Source of the DNA: Alicyclobacillus sp.
Lineage (GTDB): Bacteria > Bacillota > Bacilli > Alicyclobacillales > Alicyclobacillaceae
NCBI GenBank assembly: GCA_023512635.1
Contig: JAILZF010000001.1
Span: forward strand, 1 to 55,724
DNA length: 55,724 nucleotides
Direction: 5' to 3'
In this document: one piece after another, positions 29,448 to 38,170 of the stretch
How positions within the stretch are numbered: position 1 is the first letter of the stretch
How the letters are laid out: each line of letters starts with the position of its first letter
Notes under the pieces: model-generated
Databases searched by the model: none
The model's input: the letters and a program-made list of their open reading frames with translations, nothing else
Told to the model about the DNA's origin: nothing
Program-made: the position numbers and the translations under genes

Positions 29448-29561
29448 GGTTCTCCTCCCCCTCTGCCAAGGCCTCCGGCCTCCCCAACGGGTGACCCGAA
29501 AGCCCTTGGTGGCGCAGCTCCCCAGCGGGAAAAGCGGCCTCTTTCGCCAGCTGACGCCCCC

Positions 29562-29590
29562 ACTATAACGGGCTCCCTAGCGGCAGGCAA
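29562..29590 (-). promoter_or_regulatory. sigma-A promoter for queF with upstream A-tract
   Basis: TTGCCT-17 nt-TATAGT preceded by TTTTAAAAAAA. Confidence 0.7.
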
Positions 29591-29731
29591 CCTTTTTTTA
29601 AAAGGTCCCACCGCCGAACACAGAACCCTGGTCCCTGCCAGCGTTCACCCCAGCCACTGCCACCACTTCCCGGTCAACCTGCGTGGTATCCTGTAACACA
29701 AGACCAGATTGAGCGTCAAGAGGGATGGCAG

Positions 29732-31255
29732 ATGACAATTCCTGCAGGGTTCGCTGAACACATGCAACACTGGCTGGGCAGCGAGTGGTCCGCCTTGGCT
29801 GACGCCTTCACGGAACCCGCTTGGCGTGGGGTACGTCTGCTGCGCTGGCAAGACGCCCCAACATCCGCCGCCACTGCCCAAACCCCCGCTCCCAGCCCCG
29901 AGTCCGCCCCGTCAACAACCGGCCTGGCCGTGGCTACCCCCCTGCTGCCGCTGCCCACGGCCGTGCACGCTTGGTTGGGCGATCCCGTACCTTGGTCCCC
30001 CGCCTGTTACTACGTGCCAGCCCAAGCACCCCTTGGCCGCTTGTTTTACCACGAGCTGGGCGCTTACTACCTGCAAGAGCCGTCCGCCATGGCACCGGCC
30101 ACCGCCCTTGCCGTGCAGCCCGGGGAGCGGGTCCTCGACCTGTGCGCAGCTCCCGGCGGCAAAGCCATCGCGCTCGGGTGGCAGATGCGCGGCCAGGGGG
30201 TGTTGGTGGCCAACGACATCCACCCGCAGCGGGCGCGCGTGCTAGCAGAAAACCTGGAGCGCTGCGGCGTGCCCGCCGCCGTGCTGCAGGAGCGGCCAGA
30301 ACACCTGGCGGCAGCATGGCCTGGCGTCTTTGACGCCGTCTTGGTGGACGCGCCTTGTTCGGGTGAAGGCATGTTTCGCAAAGACCCTGCAGCGGTCCAA
30401 GAATGGAACCCCCAAGCCCCGGAACGGTGTGCTGAACGCCAGCGCCACATCCTCGGCCATGCCCTGCGCCTCGTACGCCCCGGCGGGCGACTGGTGTACT
30501 CGACGTGTACGTTGAACCCGCTGGAAAACGAGCAGGTCATCGATTGGGCGTTGCAACACTTTGACGTAGAACTGCTGCCCCTGCCAGACTGGCCGGGATG
30601 GGACAGCGGCCGCCCTGACTGGTCTGGTCACAAGGAACGGCCGGAACTTGCCCGCACACGCCGCTTATGGCCGCACCGCGGCCGCGGCGAAGGACACTTT
30701 GTCGCCCTGTTGCGTGTTTTATCCACCCCTGACCTCCCTTCCTTGCCTGCGGCTCCACGCGCGCAGCGCTTGGTCACCGGACACCGGTCAAACCGCCCAA
30801 CCCCCGCGCGTACCCGTTCCGCCACAGCGCTGCCGTGGGCGGACTGGCTGGCCACGGCCCCTCTTGCAGCCTGGCTTGCCCCCATCCAACTTGGCCAGAC
30901 ATGGTACGCCAGTTGCTTGCCGGCGCCGGCCACCCACTTGCGCGTCCTGCGCCCGGGGCTGCCTTTGGCCTGGATGGGGCGGGACCGGCCACTCCCTCAC
31001 CACGCCCTCGCCCTGGCCCTTGCGGCTGGCAGCGCCCGGCAAGCGCTCTCTCTCCAGCCGGATGCGGCCATCCGCTACATCCAGGGAGAACCCTTGCCGC
31101 CAGCGCCCTACCCAGGCTGGGTCTGGCTGCAGGTCGACGGACTGCCTGTGGGCTGGGGTCACAGCAACCGGGATCGCATCAACAACCACTACCCCAAAGG
31201 GTTGCGCCGTCTAACCTTTGGCCCGCAGGAGAATCCTTTGCGACTGAGTGAATAA
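29732..31255 (+). CDS. RsmF/RsmB-NOL1 family rRNA m5C methyltransferase
   Basis: YYLQEPSAM, VLDLCAAPGGK, DAPCSGEGMFRK, YSTCT.N..ENE and N.YPKGLR motifs. Confidence 0.93.
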   Translation: MTIPAGFAEHMQHWLGSEWSALADAFTEPAWRGVRLLRWQDAPTSAATAQTPAPSPESAPSTTGLAVATPLLPLPTAVHAWLGDPVPWSPACYYVPAQAPLGRLFYHELGAYYLQEPSAMAPATALAVQPGERVLDLCAAPGGKAIALGWQMRGQGVLVANDIHPQRARVLAENLERCGVPAAVLQERPEHLAAAWPGVFDAVLVDAPCSGEGMFRKDPAAVQEWNPQAPERCAERQRHILGHALRLVRPGGRLVYSTCTLNPLENEQVIDWALQHFDVELLPLPDWPGWDSGRPDWSGHKERPELARTRRLWPHRGRGEGHFVALLRVLSTPDLPSLPAAPRAQRLVTGHRSNRPTPARTRSATALPWADWLATAPLAAWLAPIQLGQTWYASCLPAPATHLRVLRPGLPLAWMGRDRPLPHHALALALAAGSARQALSLQPDAAIRYIQGEPLPPAPYPGWVWLQVDGLPVGWGHSNRDRINNHYPKGLRRLTFGPQENPLRLSE

Positions 31256-31268
31256 ATTTGAATTAAGC

Positions 31269-31308
31269 GTTTGACATTATTTAAATATGGTTTGACTTTG
31301 TTTATAAT
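31269..31308 (+). promoter_or_regulatory. AT-rich promoter with tandem direct repeats (operator candidate)
   Basis: GTTTGACATTATTTA (31269) and GTTTGACTTTGTTTA (31290); TATAAT at 31303-31308. Confidence 0.55.
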
Positions 31309-31389
31309 GAGATCAAGCATAGAACCAGACCCTTTCGGAGAGGGACGGCGGCTCGCCCTCCCCGCCCGAGAGAATGAGGAGGGGACACC

Positions 31390-31794
31390 GTGGCTTATTC
31401 CATTCCCTGGTCCTGTCCGGCGTGTGCAGAGCAGATGGCCGTTACCGAGCTCACGTGTCCGCACTGCGCCACCAAGGTCCAAGGCGTGTTTGCCGCCCCT
31501 GGCCCGTTTCGCTGGACAACGGAGCAATGGCAGTTTGTCGAGGTGTTCTTGCGTTGCCGCGGCAATATCCGCGAAGTCGAACGCGAGTTAAACCTGTCCT
31601 ATCCGACGGTGCGCGCCCGCCTCGACCAGGTGATCCAAGCCATGGGCTACGCTTCAGGCAAGGCGTCTGCTCAGTTCACCCCTGAAGCTGGGTTGGACGT
31701 ATCTCCCGCTGGGGTGTTGGACGCCTTGGGGAGCGGGGAATTGACGTTTGAAGAAGCCCTCCGCCGGTTAAAGGAGGATCGTTTATCGAGATGA
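31390..31794 (+). CDS. DUF2089 family Zn-ribbon/HTH protein
   Basis: CPAC..CPHC and F...RGNIREVEREL.LSYPTVRARLD motifs; SHOCT-like C-terminus; GAGGAGG RBS. Confidence 0.9.
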   Translation: MAYSIPWSCPACAEQMAVTELTCPHCATKVQGVFAAPGPFRWTTEQWQFVEVFLRCRGNIREVERELNLSYPTVRARLDQVIQAMGYASGKASAQFTPEAGLDVSPAGVLDALGSGELTFEEALRRLKEDRLSR

Positions 31795-32807
31795 AAGAGC
31801 GCATGAAAATCTTACAGTTGTTGCAGGAAGGCAAGTTAACCGCAGAACAGGCCGAGCTGCTGCTGGCCGCCTTGGAAGAACCGGAACAGGCGGCAGCACC
31901 CGCCTGGCGGGCGTATGCCAAACGCACGTGGAGTGAATGGAACCGGCGCGTCCCTTTGCACGAGTGGCGGCAACTGGGCAGCCAGCTGTCGACCGTCGTC
32001 TCCCAGTCACTGGGAGACGTGCGCCGCGCCTTGGAACAGCAAAAACGCACCCTCGAGCAACAGCTAGAGTTGTGGACCCAGTCCGCCGCGCTGGCTGTCA
32101 CCCAAGACGTGCCCTTGCCTGAGGCTTGCCGGCACCTGGTGGTACAGACCGGGCGCGGCCGAATCCAAGTCTTTCCGGCTAGTGCCGGTGCAGCCCGCGT
32201 GCATGTGCGGGCCCGTGTGCACACCAGCGACCTGGCCTCCGCGCAGCAGGCCTTGGCGGCAGCCGTTCAGGTACGCCAGCACGAGGACAGATGCGAAGTC
32301 GCCATCCTGCCGGCGGGCAAAGAGCAAGCGCCCGAACTGATCAGCGCCGACCTGGACGTCTGGCTGCCGGAGACAGTGGACACCGTGTTTGCCCGCCTCC
32401 AGCAGGGGACATTGTGGGCAGAGGCTGTGACCGCGGAAGAGCTGTCGGCCGAAACAGACCGCGGCCAAGTGGTCCTCGTCCACCCGAATGTTCAGCGGGT
32501 ACGGGCCATTGCCGGACATGGCCCGATTCACCTGCAAGGCGGCTGGGGGCCGCGCTGCCGCAGCGTATATCTGGAAGCCTTGGACGGCAACCTGAGGGTG
32601 GACGGCATCCCAGCGGACAGTGCCCTGTCGGGCGTGGTGACGGCCGCCGCAGGCAAAGCAGACCTGGACAGCGAACGGTTCATGGCAGAAGCCAGTGATG
32701 AAGGCAAGCGGACCACGGTTCGGTTCCGCCAGCGGCAAGAACTGCCCGACCGCGACCCCGTCGTGCTGCACCTGCTGGCCGTGCGCGGGACGGTGCAGGT
32801 GCGTTAA
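31791..32807 (+). CDS. YvlB/LiaX-like protein (SHOCT-like N-terminus, DUF4097-like beta region)
   Basis: ERMKILQLLQEGKLTAEQAELLLAAL; repeated beta-strand/Gly pattern; translationally coupled to the DUF2089 gene. Confidence 0.8.
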   Translation: MKERMKILQLLQEGKLTAEQAELLLAALEEPEQAAAPAWRAYAKRTWSEWNRRVPLHEWRQLGSQLSTVVSQSLGDVRRALEQQKRTLEQQLELWTQSAALAVTQDVPLPEACRHLVVQTGRGRIQVFPASAGAARVHVRARVHTSDLASAQQALAAAVQVRQHEDRCEVAILPAGKEQAPELISADLDVWLPETVDTVFARLQQGTLWAEAVTAEELSAETDRGQVVLVHPNVQRVRAIAGHGPIHLQGGWGPRCRSVYLEALDGNLRVDGIPADSALSGVVTAAAGKADLDSERFMAEASDEGKRTTVRFRQRQELPDRDPVVLHLLAVRGTVQVR

Positions 32808-32950
32808 TCTGCGCAGCTGCTGAGCTGCGCAAGCGCGCATATAAACTTTCTAGTCCGGTCCGTCGCCCGCCTTGACGCTGCCAGGCACGGGCCAGCGGGA
32901 AGCGGTGCACGCCCGCCGGGCGCCGTACCTGTGCCAGAGGAGGGAAAGGG

Positions 32951-33097
32951 ATGGACCGGGCTCATCCGCTCTACTTAATCCTCTGTATAGCGGCCGCCCT
33001 GGCTCTGCAAGCGGTGCTGTTGTGGAAGTTGCGCGGCAGCATGGAGCGCGCCTCCACCGCAGAGCCGCCGCGCCCCGACAGGGAAACCCAATCGTAG
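32951..33097 (+). CDS. small single-pass membrane protein (48 aa), not in the ORF track
   Basis: GAGGAGGGAAAGGG before ATG; MDRAHPLYLILCIAAALALQAVLLWKLRGS...QS-stop. Confidence 0.6.
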   Translation: MDRAHPLYLILCIAAALALQAVLLWKLRGSMERASTAEPPRPDRETQS

Positions 33098-33138
33098 TGC
33101 TGTACCGGACTCGGCCCTGCGGCTGGGTCCGGCGCTGT

Positions 33139-34356
33139 TTACAGGCCAGGGTTTGCTGACGGGTCTGAACGCGGCGCCAGGCCTGCATCCGCAGCGGTCA
33201 CTGGCGGCTTGCGCAGCCAAGCGGCCAACCGCTCCACGTCATCTTCATGGTTGTACACCGCTACCGACGCACACAACGCGCTGCCGTCTGGCGTGACCCC
33301 GAGATAAAGCTGGGCATCCCGCGCCGCTGCCGCCAGCCGTTCTGGGGCCACTTGGTTCAGTCGAAAACAGATCATTCCGGCACGCGCCGCCCGCGGCGTC
33401 AACACCTCCACCCCTGGCACGTCCACCAAGGCCTGCCACAACTGGCCGCTTAACCCACGTACCCGTTCCCCGATGTACTCCCAGCCGGCCTGCGTGCGCA
33501 GCAACCGCAAGCTGGCGAGCCAGGCATGCCAGTTGGCTAAAGCGCTGTCTGCCCACTCCAGCCGGCGGGCATCTGGTGCACCCAAAAACATCCCAAACTC
33601 GTCCAGCGCACGCGGACTGCGCAAACCCGCCGGGCCAAGCCAAACGGGGTCGAGTCCTGACAGTTGGGACGCCCGGACGTACAGCACCCCTGTCCCGTCC
33701 GGGCCACACAGCCAGTGCTGACCCGCACAGGCGTACGCGTCGACACCAGCCGCCGTGACATGGAGAAAATCCGCTCCTGCTCCCCAGCTGCCTTCCACCA
33801 ACAAGGCGGCTTGCCGTTCGTGCACCACGGGCGCCAGCGCTTCCACAGGCAGGCGGATGCCGCTGCCCGGGGCGACGTGTGCACACACCACCAACCGCGT
33901 GCGCCCCGACCACGCCGCCATCAGGTTGGCCAGCCAGGCCTCAGGGTCGGCTGTCACCGGCACGCTCCGCAAGACCACACCCCGCCGCAGTTTCTGTGCG
34001 TACAAAGGTAACAGAACAGCCGGGCTGTCCAGTCCGCTGTACAACACCTCGTCCCCCGCCTGCAGGGGCCACGCCCAGAGCGCCAGGTTGAGCGCCTGCA
34101 CAGGCCCTTCCGTCAGAGCCAGCGCCGCCGCGTCACAGTGCAGGACGTGCGCGAGCTGCGCTTTGACTTCCGCGCGGACGGCGCGCAGTTGCTCGCTGTA
34201 ATGGGTGCGATGGCGACCTTGTTGCACCACTTGTTCCCAGACGTCACGCGCCGCCTCGCCCGCGCAGTCCGGCAGCAAACCGCAAGCCGCGGTGTCCAGG
34301 TACGTTCCCAGCCGTGCGGCAGGGAAGTAGCGGCGCAAGCTGTCGGCCAAAGCCAT
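33139..34356 (-). CDS. class-V aminotransferase / cysteine desulfurase-like protein, probably catalytically inactive
   Basis: YLDTAACG, TRLV..HV..G.RLP and WLCGP.GTG.LY fold motifs; GQHW in place of the usual GHKW. Confidence 0.8.
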   Translation of the reverse strand: MALADSLRRYFPAARLGTYLDTAACGLLPDCAGEAARDVWEQVVQQGRHRTHYSEQLRAVRAEVKAQLAHVLHCDAAALALTEGPVQALNLALWAWPLQAGDEVLYSGLDSPAVLLPLYAQKLRRGVVLRSVPVTADPEAWLANLMAAWSGRTRLVVCAHVAPGSGIRLPVEALAPVVHERQAALLVEGSWGAGADFLHVTAAGVDAYACAGQHWLCGPDGTGVLYVRASQLSGLDPVWLGPAGLRSPRALDEFGMFLGAPDARRLEWADSALANWHAWLASLRLLRTQAGWEYIGERVRGLSGQLWQALVDVPGVEVLTPRAARAGMICFRLNQVAPERLAAAARDAQLYLGVTPDGSALCASVAVYNHEDDVERLAAWLRKPPVTAADAGLAPRSDPSANPGL

Positions 34357-34391
34357 GATTCCCCCTCCTCAGCAGGCCCCGCTGGCCATGC

Positions 34392-35330
34392 TTAACGCTC
34401 AGGGCGCAATTGGAACCGCGTGAACGAACCGCTGCGCCCAGCCCCGGCCACACGGTAGACCACCTGCCGGTTGGGGATGCGCTGGACGTCCGTCACCTGA
34501 CCCCTGCAGTTCCACGGGATCACCCAGACCGACTCCCCTGGCTGAAAAAGGGCAGGTTCGTCCACCACGTCTTTGCCGTCGTCGTAGGCCCGGATATCGT
34601 ACCCGCCGGTGACCAGCGTGACCGTGCCGTTGAGTTGCTGACTGTCCTCACGGCAGAGAAAGGCAATGACGCGCGCTACGTCTTCGCCCACCGGCGGGCG
34701 CCCCAACCGGTCGTCCGCCTCAGGCAGGTCGGCCACGCGTTTCATCTTATTTTCGCCGCGGATGTCTCCCGGGCAGACCATGTTGGCTGTAATCCCGTTC
34801 TGCCGCTCTTCGCGTGCAATCGACCGCGTTAACGCAGCCAGGCCGCTTTTGGCTGCTGCGTAGGCGGCGCGAAACCGCCAGCCGGCCGCCTCGCCAGCAC
34901 CGTCGTAGCCGACCGTGACAATCCGTCCAAAGCCGCGGGATCGCATACCGTGGACCAGTTCTCGGTACAGCCAGAAAAAGTTGCTCAGGTTGCCGTCCAG
35001 CATCTGCTGCCAACGCTCATCGCTGTACTCGGCGAGCGGGATTCGCTCAAAGACAAACGGGCCAAAGTTGTGGATCAGCGCGTCCAGCGCGGCAAATTCA
35101 CGCTGGGCCTGGGCGGCTGCAGCCAACACCTGCTGCCGGTCGTACAGGTCGGCCACCGCAAACGCGGCGCGCCGGCCAGCTCGTTCTGCCTCTGCCACCA
35201 GCCACCGCGCACGGTCGACGCTGGTGTGACACGTAAAAAACACATCCCAGCCGGACGCCAAAAGGGCACGCACAATAGCAAACCCCAAACCGCGGGCGCC
35301 GCTGGTGACAAAGGCTGCACGCGCGCTCAT
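34392..35330 (-). CDS. SDR family oxidoreductase with C-terminal extension
   Basis: TSGARGLG, YAAAK, NMVCPG and GRP...EDVA motifs. Confidence 0.9.
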   Translation of the reverse strand: MSARAAFVTSGARGLGFAIVRALLASGWDVFFTCHTSVDRARWLVAEAERAGRRAAFAVADLYDRQQVLAAAAQAQREFAALDALIHNFGPFVFERIPLAEYSDERWQQMLDGNLSNFFWLYRELVHGMRSRGFGRIVTVGYDGAGEAAGWRFRAAYAAAKSGLAALTRSIAREERQNGITANMVCPGDIRGENKMKRVADLPEADDRLGRPPVGEDVARVIAFLCREDSQQLNGTVTLVTGGYDIRAYDDGKDVVDEPALFQPGESVWVIPWNCRGQVTDVQRIPNRQVVYRVAGAGRSGSFTRFQLRPER

Positions 35331-35470
35331 GCGGGGATCGGACTCCTTCCGTAAAAAGCAGGGCCTGTACAGCTTGGCCGTGCTCGCCTAAGATGAAAGT
35401 ATCCCGACATCCTGCCATACACATGACGGTAACCCGGCGTATCAGACCCCATTCGTGCGGGAGGTGTCCC

Positions 35471-35812
35471 ATGACGTTTAAATTGGATCCTCGCCTGGGC
35501 ATTGAGTTGCCTGCGTTCGACCGGCCGTACGAAGAGATGGACGCTGCGGAGCAAGAGGCCGTGCTCGTGAGGTGGGAGCAGATTCGCGCGAAAATTCCGG
35601 ATCAAATCGTCCACTTCGAGCGTATCATTGAGGACTTGTTAGACCAAGTGCACCACGAGGAAGACTGGGACGTCATCTCTGCGCACTTTGCGGACATTGC
35701 GGACTACGCCAGCCGCATCCACGAGTTGAATACGTGGCGGCGCGTCGATCCGTCGGTCGGTCATGTGCCTGGGCAGGACCACGCCCAAGAACACCGTGAC
35801 CGCGAGAAATAA
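35471..35812 (+). CDS. conserved hypothetical helical protein
   Basis: GGAGGTG RBS; F..DPRLGI.LP...WEQIR..IPD.I...E pattern; acidic and helical. Confidence 0.75.
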   Translation: MTFKLDPRLGIELPAFDRPYEEMDAAEQEAVLVRWEQIRAKIPDQIVHFERIIEDLLDQVHHEEDWDVISAHFADIADYASRIHELNTWRRVDPSVGHVPGQDHAQEHRDREK

Positions 35813-35891
35813 CCCGCCCGCCAGCCTGCACGCCGAGTGCCATGCCCTGCCAGCGCGGCACTCGGCAGCCTCCCTGCTGTCGCCACCCTGG

Positions 35892-36473
35892 TCAATCCGC
35901 CGCGGCTGGTTGGGTGGGACCTTCGGTTTCCCGCCGGTGCTCCACGATGTCCACCGTAGCGATGCGCACGTCGCGCAGCGGCCGGCTGAGCTCTCCCATG
36001 GAGTTGGGCCCCACGGGCGTCTGGGCAATCGCCTGTACGACCTCCATGCCCTCGCTGACGATGCCAAACACGGTGTAATGGGGATAACGGTTCAAGTTGC
36101 GCGAATGCTCCCCCGTGCAAATAAAAAACTGCGAACCATTGGTATCCGGACCGGCGTTGGCCATGGCCACCACCCCCGGCTCGTACGGCACAGCGGGTGG
36201 CAGTTCGTCTGGAAACTGATAACCAGGTCCCCCCGCACCCGTCCCTGTGGGATCACCCGTTTGAATCACGAAGTCTGGGACAATCCGGTGGAACACCACC
36301 CCGTCATAGTAACCGTCACGCGCCAGCGCCACAAAGTTGTTCACGGTCAACGGCGCTTTTTGGCTCAGCAGCTCCACGGTAAAGTCACCTTCGCTGGTGC
36401 GAATGACCGCCTGGTAACGCACCCCCGGGACCAGTTGCATGGCCGGCGGATGAGCATGATGACGTGCGCTCAT
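35892..36473 (-). CDS. ppiB: cyclophilin-type peptidyl-prolyl isomerase
   Basis: APLTVNNF, FHRIVPDFVIQTGDP, AMANAGPDTNGSQFFI and YTVFG motifs. Confidence 0.93.
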   Translation of the reverse strand: MSARHHAHPPAMQLVPGVRYQAVIRTSEGDFTVELLSQKAPLTVNNFVALARDGYYDGVVFHRIVPDFVIQTGDPTGTGAGGPGYQFPDELPPAVPYEPGVVAMANAGPDTNGSQFFICTGEHSRNLNRYPHYTVFGIVSEGMEVVQAIAQTPVGPNSMGELSRPLRDVRIATVDIVEHRRETEGPTQPAAAD

Positions 36474-36790
36474 AAAGCCACCCTCTTTTCTTTGTCGCCC
36501 CTGGTGCACCGTTGGGTGAACAGGAGAGAGCTGGAACTGGCCCCATCCTACCACAGTCCAGCGGCAGACGTCCACTTGCCGTGTACGTACGTAAACGGCC
36601 AACCCTTCCCGTCCGCCGGTCCCGTCAAGCCCAAGCTAGCAGCTGGTCTGTGAACCCATTAGAATAAAAGCGGTGGAGCAGGGGCCTGCCGCTCCAGGAC
36701 AGCCAGGGGGTCAACAAGACCGTTCAACTGGACGCGTCCAAGGCTGACTGAGTGAGCACCAGTCCGCTCCAAGGGAAGGAGAAACCGCAC

Positions 36791-38008
36791 ATGACGATGC
36801 TCCCGTTGGATGAAGCTGCTGCGGTGGTGTGCAGTCTGCTGCCCCGTCCGGCGGCTGCAACCGTACCCGTGGCAGCGGCGGCGGGGCGTGTGTTGGCGGC
36901 CAACGCACACGCCGCTGTCGCCAATCCGCCGTTTGACCGCGCGATGATGGACGGTTTTGCTGTGCGCAGCACGGATGCGCACATGGGGGCGCGACTGCGC
37001 GTCACCGGCTGTCTGCCAGCGGGGTCCGCCGGCGGACCGGCCGTAGGTCCAGGCGAGGCGGTGCGCATCATGACTGGGGCTCCCGTCCCGGCCGGAGCTG
37101 ATGCCGTGATCCGGTTTGAGTGGTGTGAAGCCAAGGCCAGTGAGGTCACCGTGCTGCGCGCTGTTCCAGCAGGGGAAGCGGTTCAACCAGCCGGGAGCGA
37201 TGCCCCCCGCGGGGCGCTGGTGGTGCCTGCTGGGCAACGCTTAACCGCGGCTGACCTGGCGGTGCTGCAAGGGTTTGGTGTCGCCCACGTGCGTGTCTGG
37301 CAGCCCTTGCGCGCCGCGGTGCTGGTGACGGGCAGCGAATTGCAAACCCAGCCAGCAGCCCCGCTCGCACCAGGCCAAATCTACAGCAGCAACGACCTCT
37401 ACCTGGCCACCGCGTTGGCGGAAGAAGGGGTGTCTGTGCTGGACGTCGTCCATGTACCGGATGACCCGAAGTCTCTTGCCCAGCAGTTTACCCGGCTGGC
37501 GCAGCAAGCGGATGTGGTGGTGGCTGCCGGTGGTATCTCAGCAGGTGATTGCGATTACGTCCCTGCGGTGCTCCGCCAACTGGGCGCGACGCTGGCGGTC
37601 GAACGGGTCTGGATGCGGCCGGGCACCCCTTTTTGTGCTGGCCGCTTGCAGTGCGCAGCCGTGTTTGCGCTGTCTGGAAACCCGGCGGCGTGTCTGGTGC
37701 AATTTGAAACCTTGCTGCGGCCGGCATTGCGCAGCCTGCTAGGCATCCGCGAAACCTCCTTCCCCTGTTCCGGCAAGCTGGTGCACGCACTCACCCTCAA
37801 ACCGCTCAAGCACGCGCGTGTTTTGCGAGGCCTGGCATGGATAGAAGAGGGCCAAGTCCTGCTCGACCTGCGTCTCGCCCAGGCACCATCCGTGCTCTCC
37901 AGCCTGGCCAGCAGCCAATGCTTGGTGCGTATCGACCAAGCCAACTGTCCAGCCGGCACACTCCTGCCTATGCGCTGGCTGCGGCCGCCAGGTTCACCTC
38001 CGAGCTGA
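36791..38008 (+). CDS. moeA: molybdopterin molybdotransferase
   Basis: PPFDRAMMDGFAV, IMTGAPVP.GADAV, TGSEL, GG.S.G..D and GNP motifs. Confidence 0.92.
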   Translation: MTMLPLDEAAAVVCSLLPRPAAATVPVAAAAGRVLAANAHAAVANPPFDRAMMDGFAVRSTDAHMGARLRVTGCLPAGSAGGPAVGPGEAVRIMTGAPVPAGADAVIRFEWCEAKASEVTVLRAVPAGEAVQPAGSDAPRGALVVPAGQRLTAADLAVLQGFGVAHVRVWQPLRAAVLVTGSELQTQPAAPLAPGQIYSSNDLYLATALAEEGVSVLDVVHVPDDPKSLAQQFTRLAQQADVVVAAGGISAGDCDYVPAVLRQLGATLAVERVWMRPGTPFCAGRLQCAAVFALSGNPAACLVQFETLLRPALRSLLGIRETSFPCSGKLVHALTLKPLKHARVLRGLAWIEEGQVLLDLRLAQAPSVLSSLASSQCLVRIDQANCPAGTLLPMRWLRPPGSPPS

Positions 38009-38048
38009 CACCGCAGGCGCTAAAAGAGTGTCTGCCCGGCGTGCGCTG

Positions 38049-38085
38049 AAAAAGCCTGCTGCGCAACCGCTGCGCAAGCAGGCTT
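38049..38085 (-). terminator. intrinsic terminator after pckA
   Basis: AAGCCTGC.TGCGCA..TGCGCA.GCAGGCTTTTT. Confidence 0.65.
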
Positions 38086-38170
38086 ATCGACCGTCCCAGG
38101 GACAGCTGTCCCTTGCTCAGCCACCACGGATGACGTTATCCCTCCGCGGTCAGCGTGCTCGTCTCCCGAC

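Noticed and set aside
29590..29635. preQ1-I riboswitch suggested by GGTTC and an A-run
   Set aside because: It lies upstream of the queF promoter; the A-run fits an UP element and the loop/tail consensus is not met.
36480..36790. Moco riboswitch upstream of moeA
   Set aside because: Only short GC hairpins; the conserved CUCCGAG/GGAAAC/CCUCCC elements are not visible.
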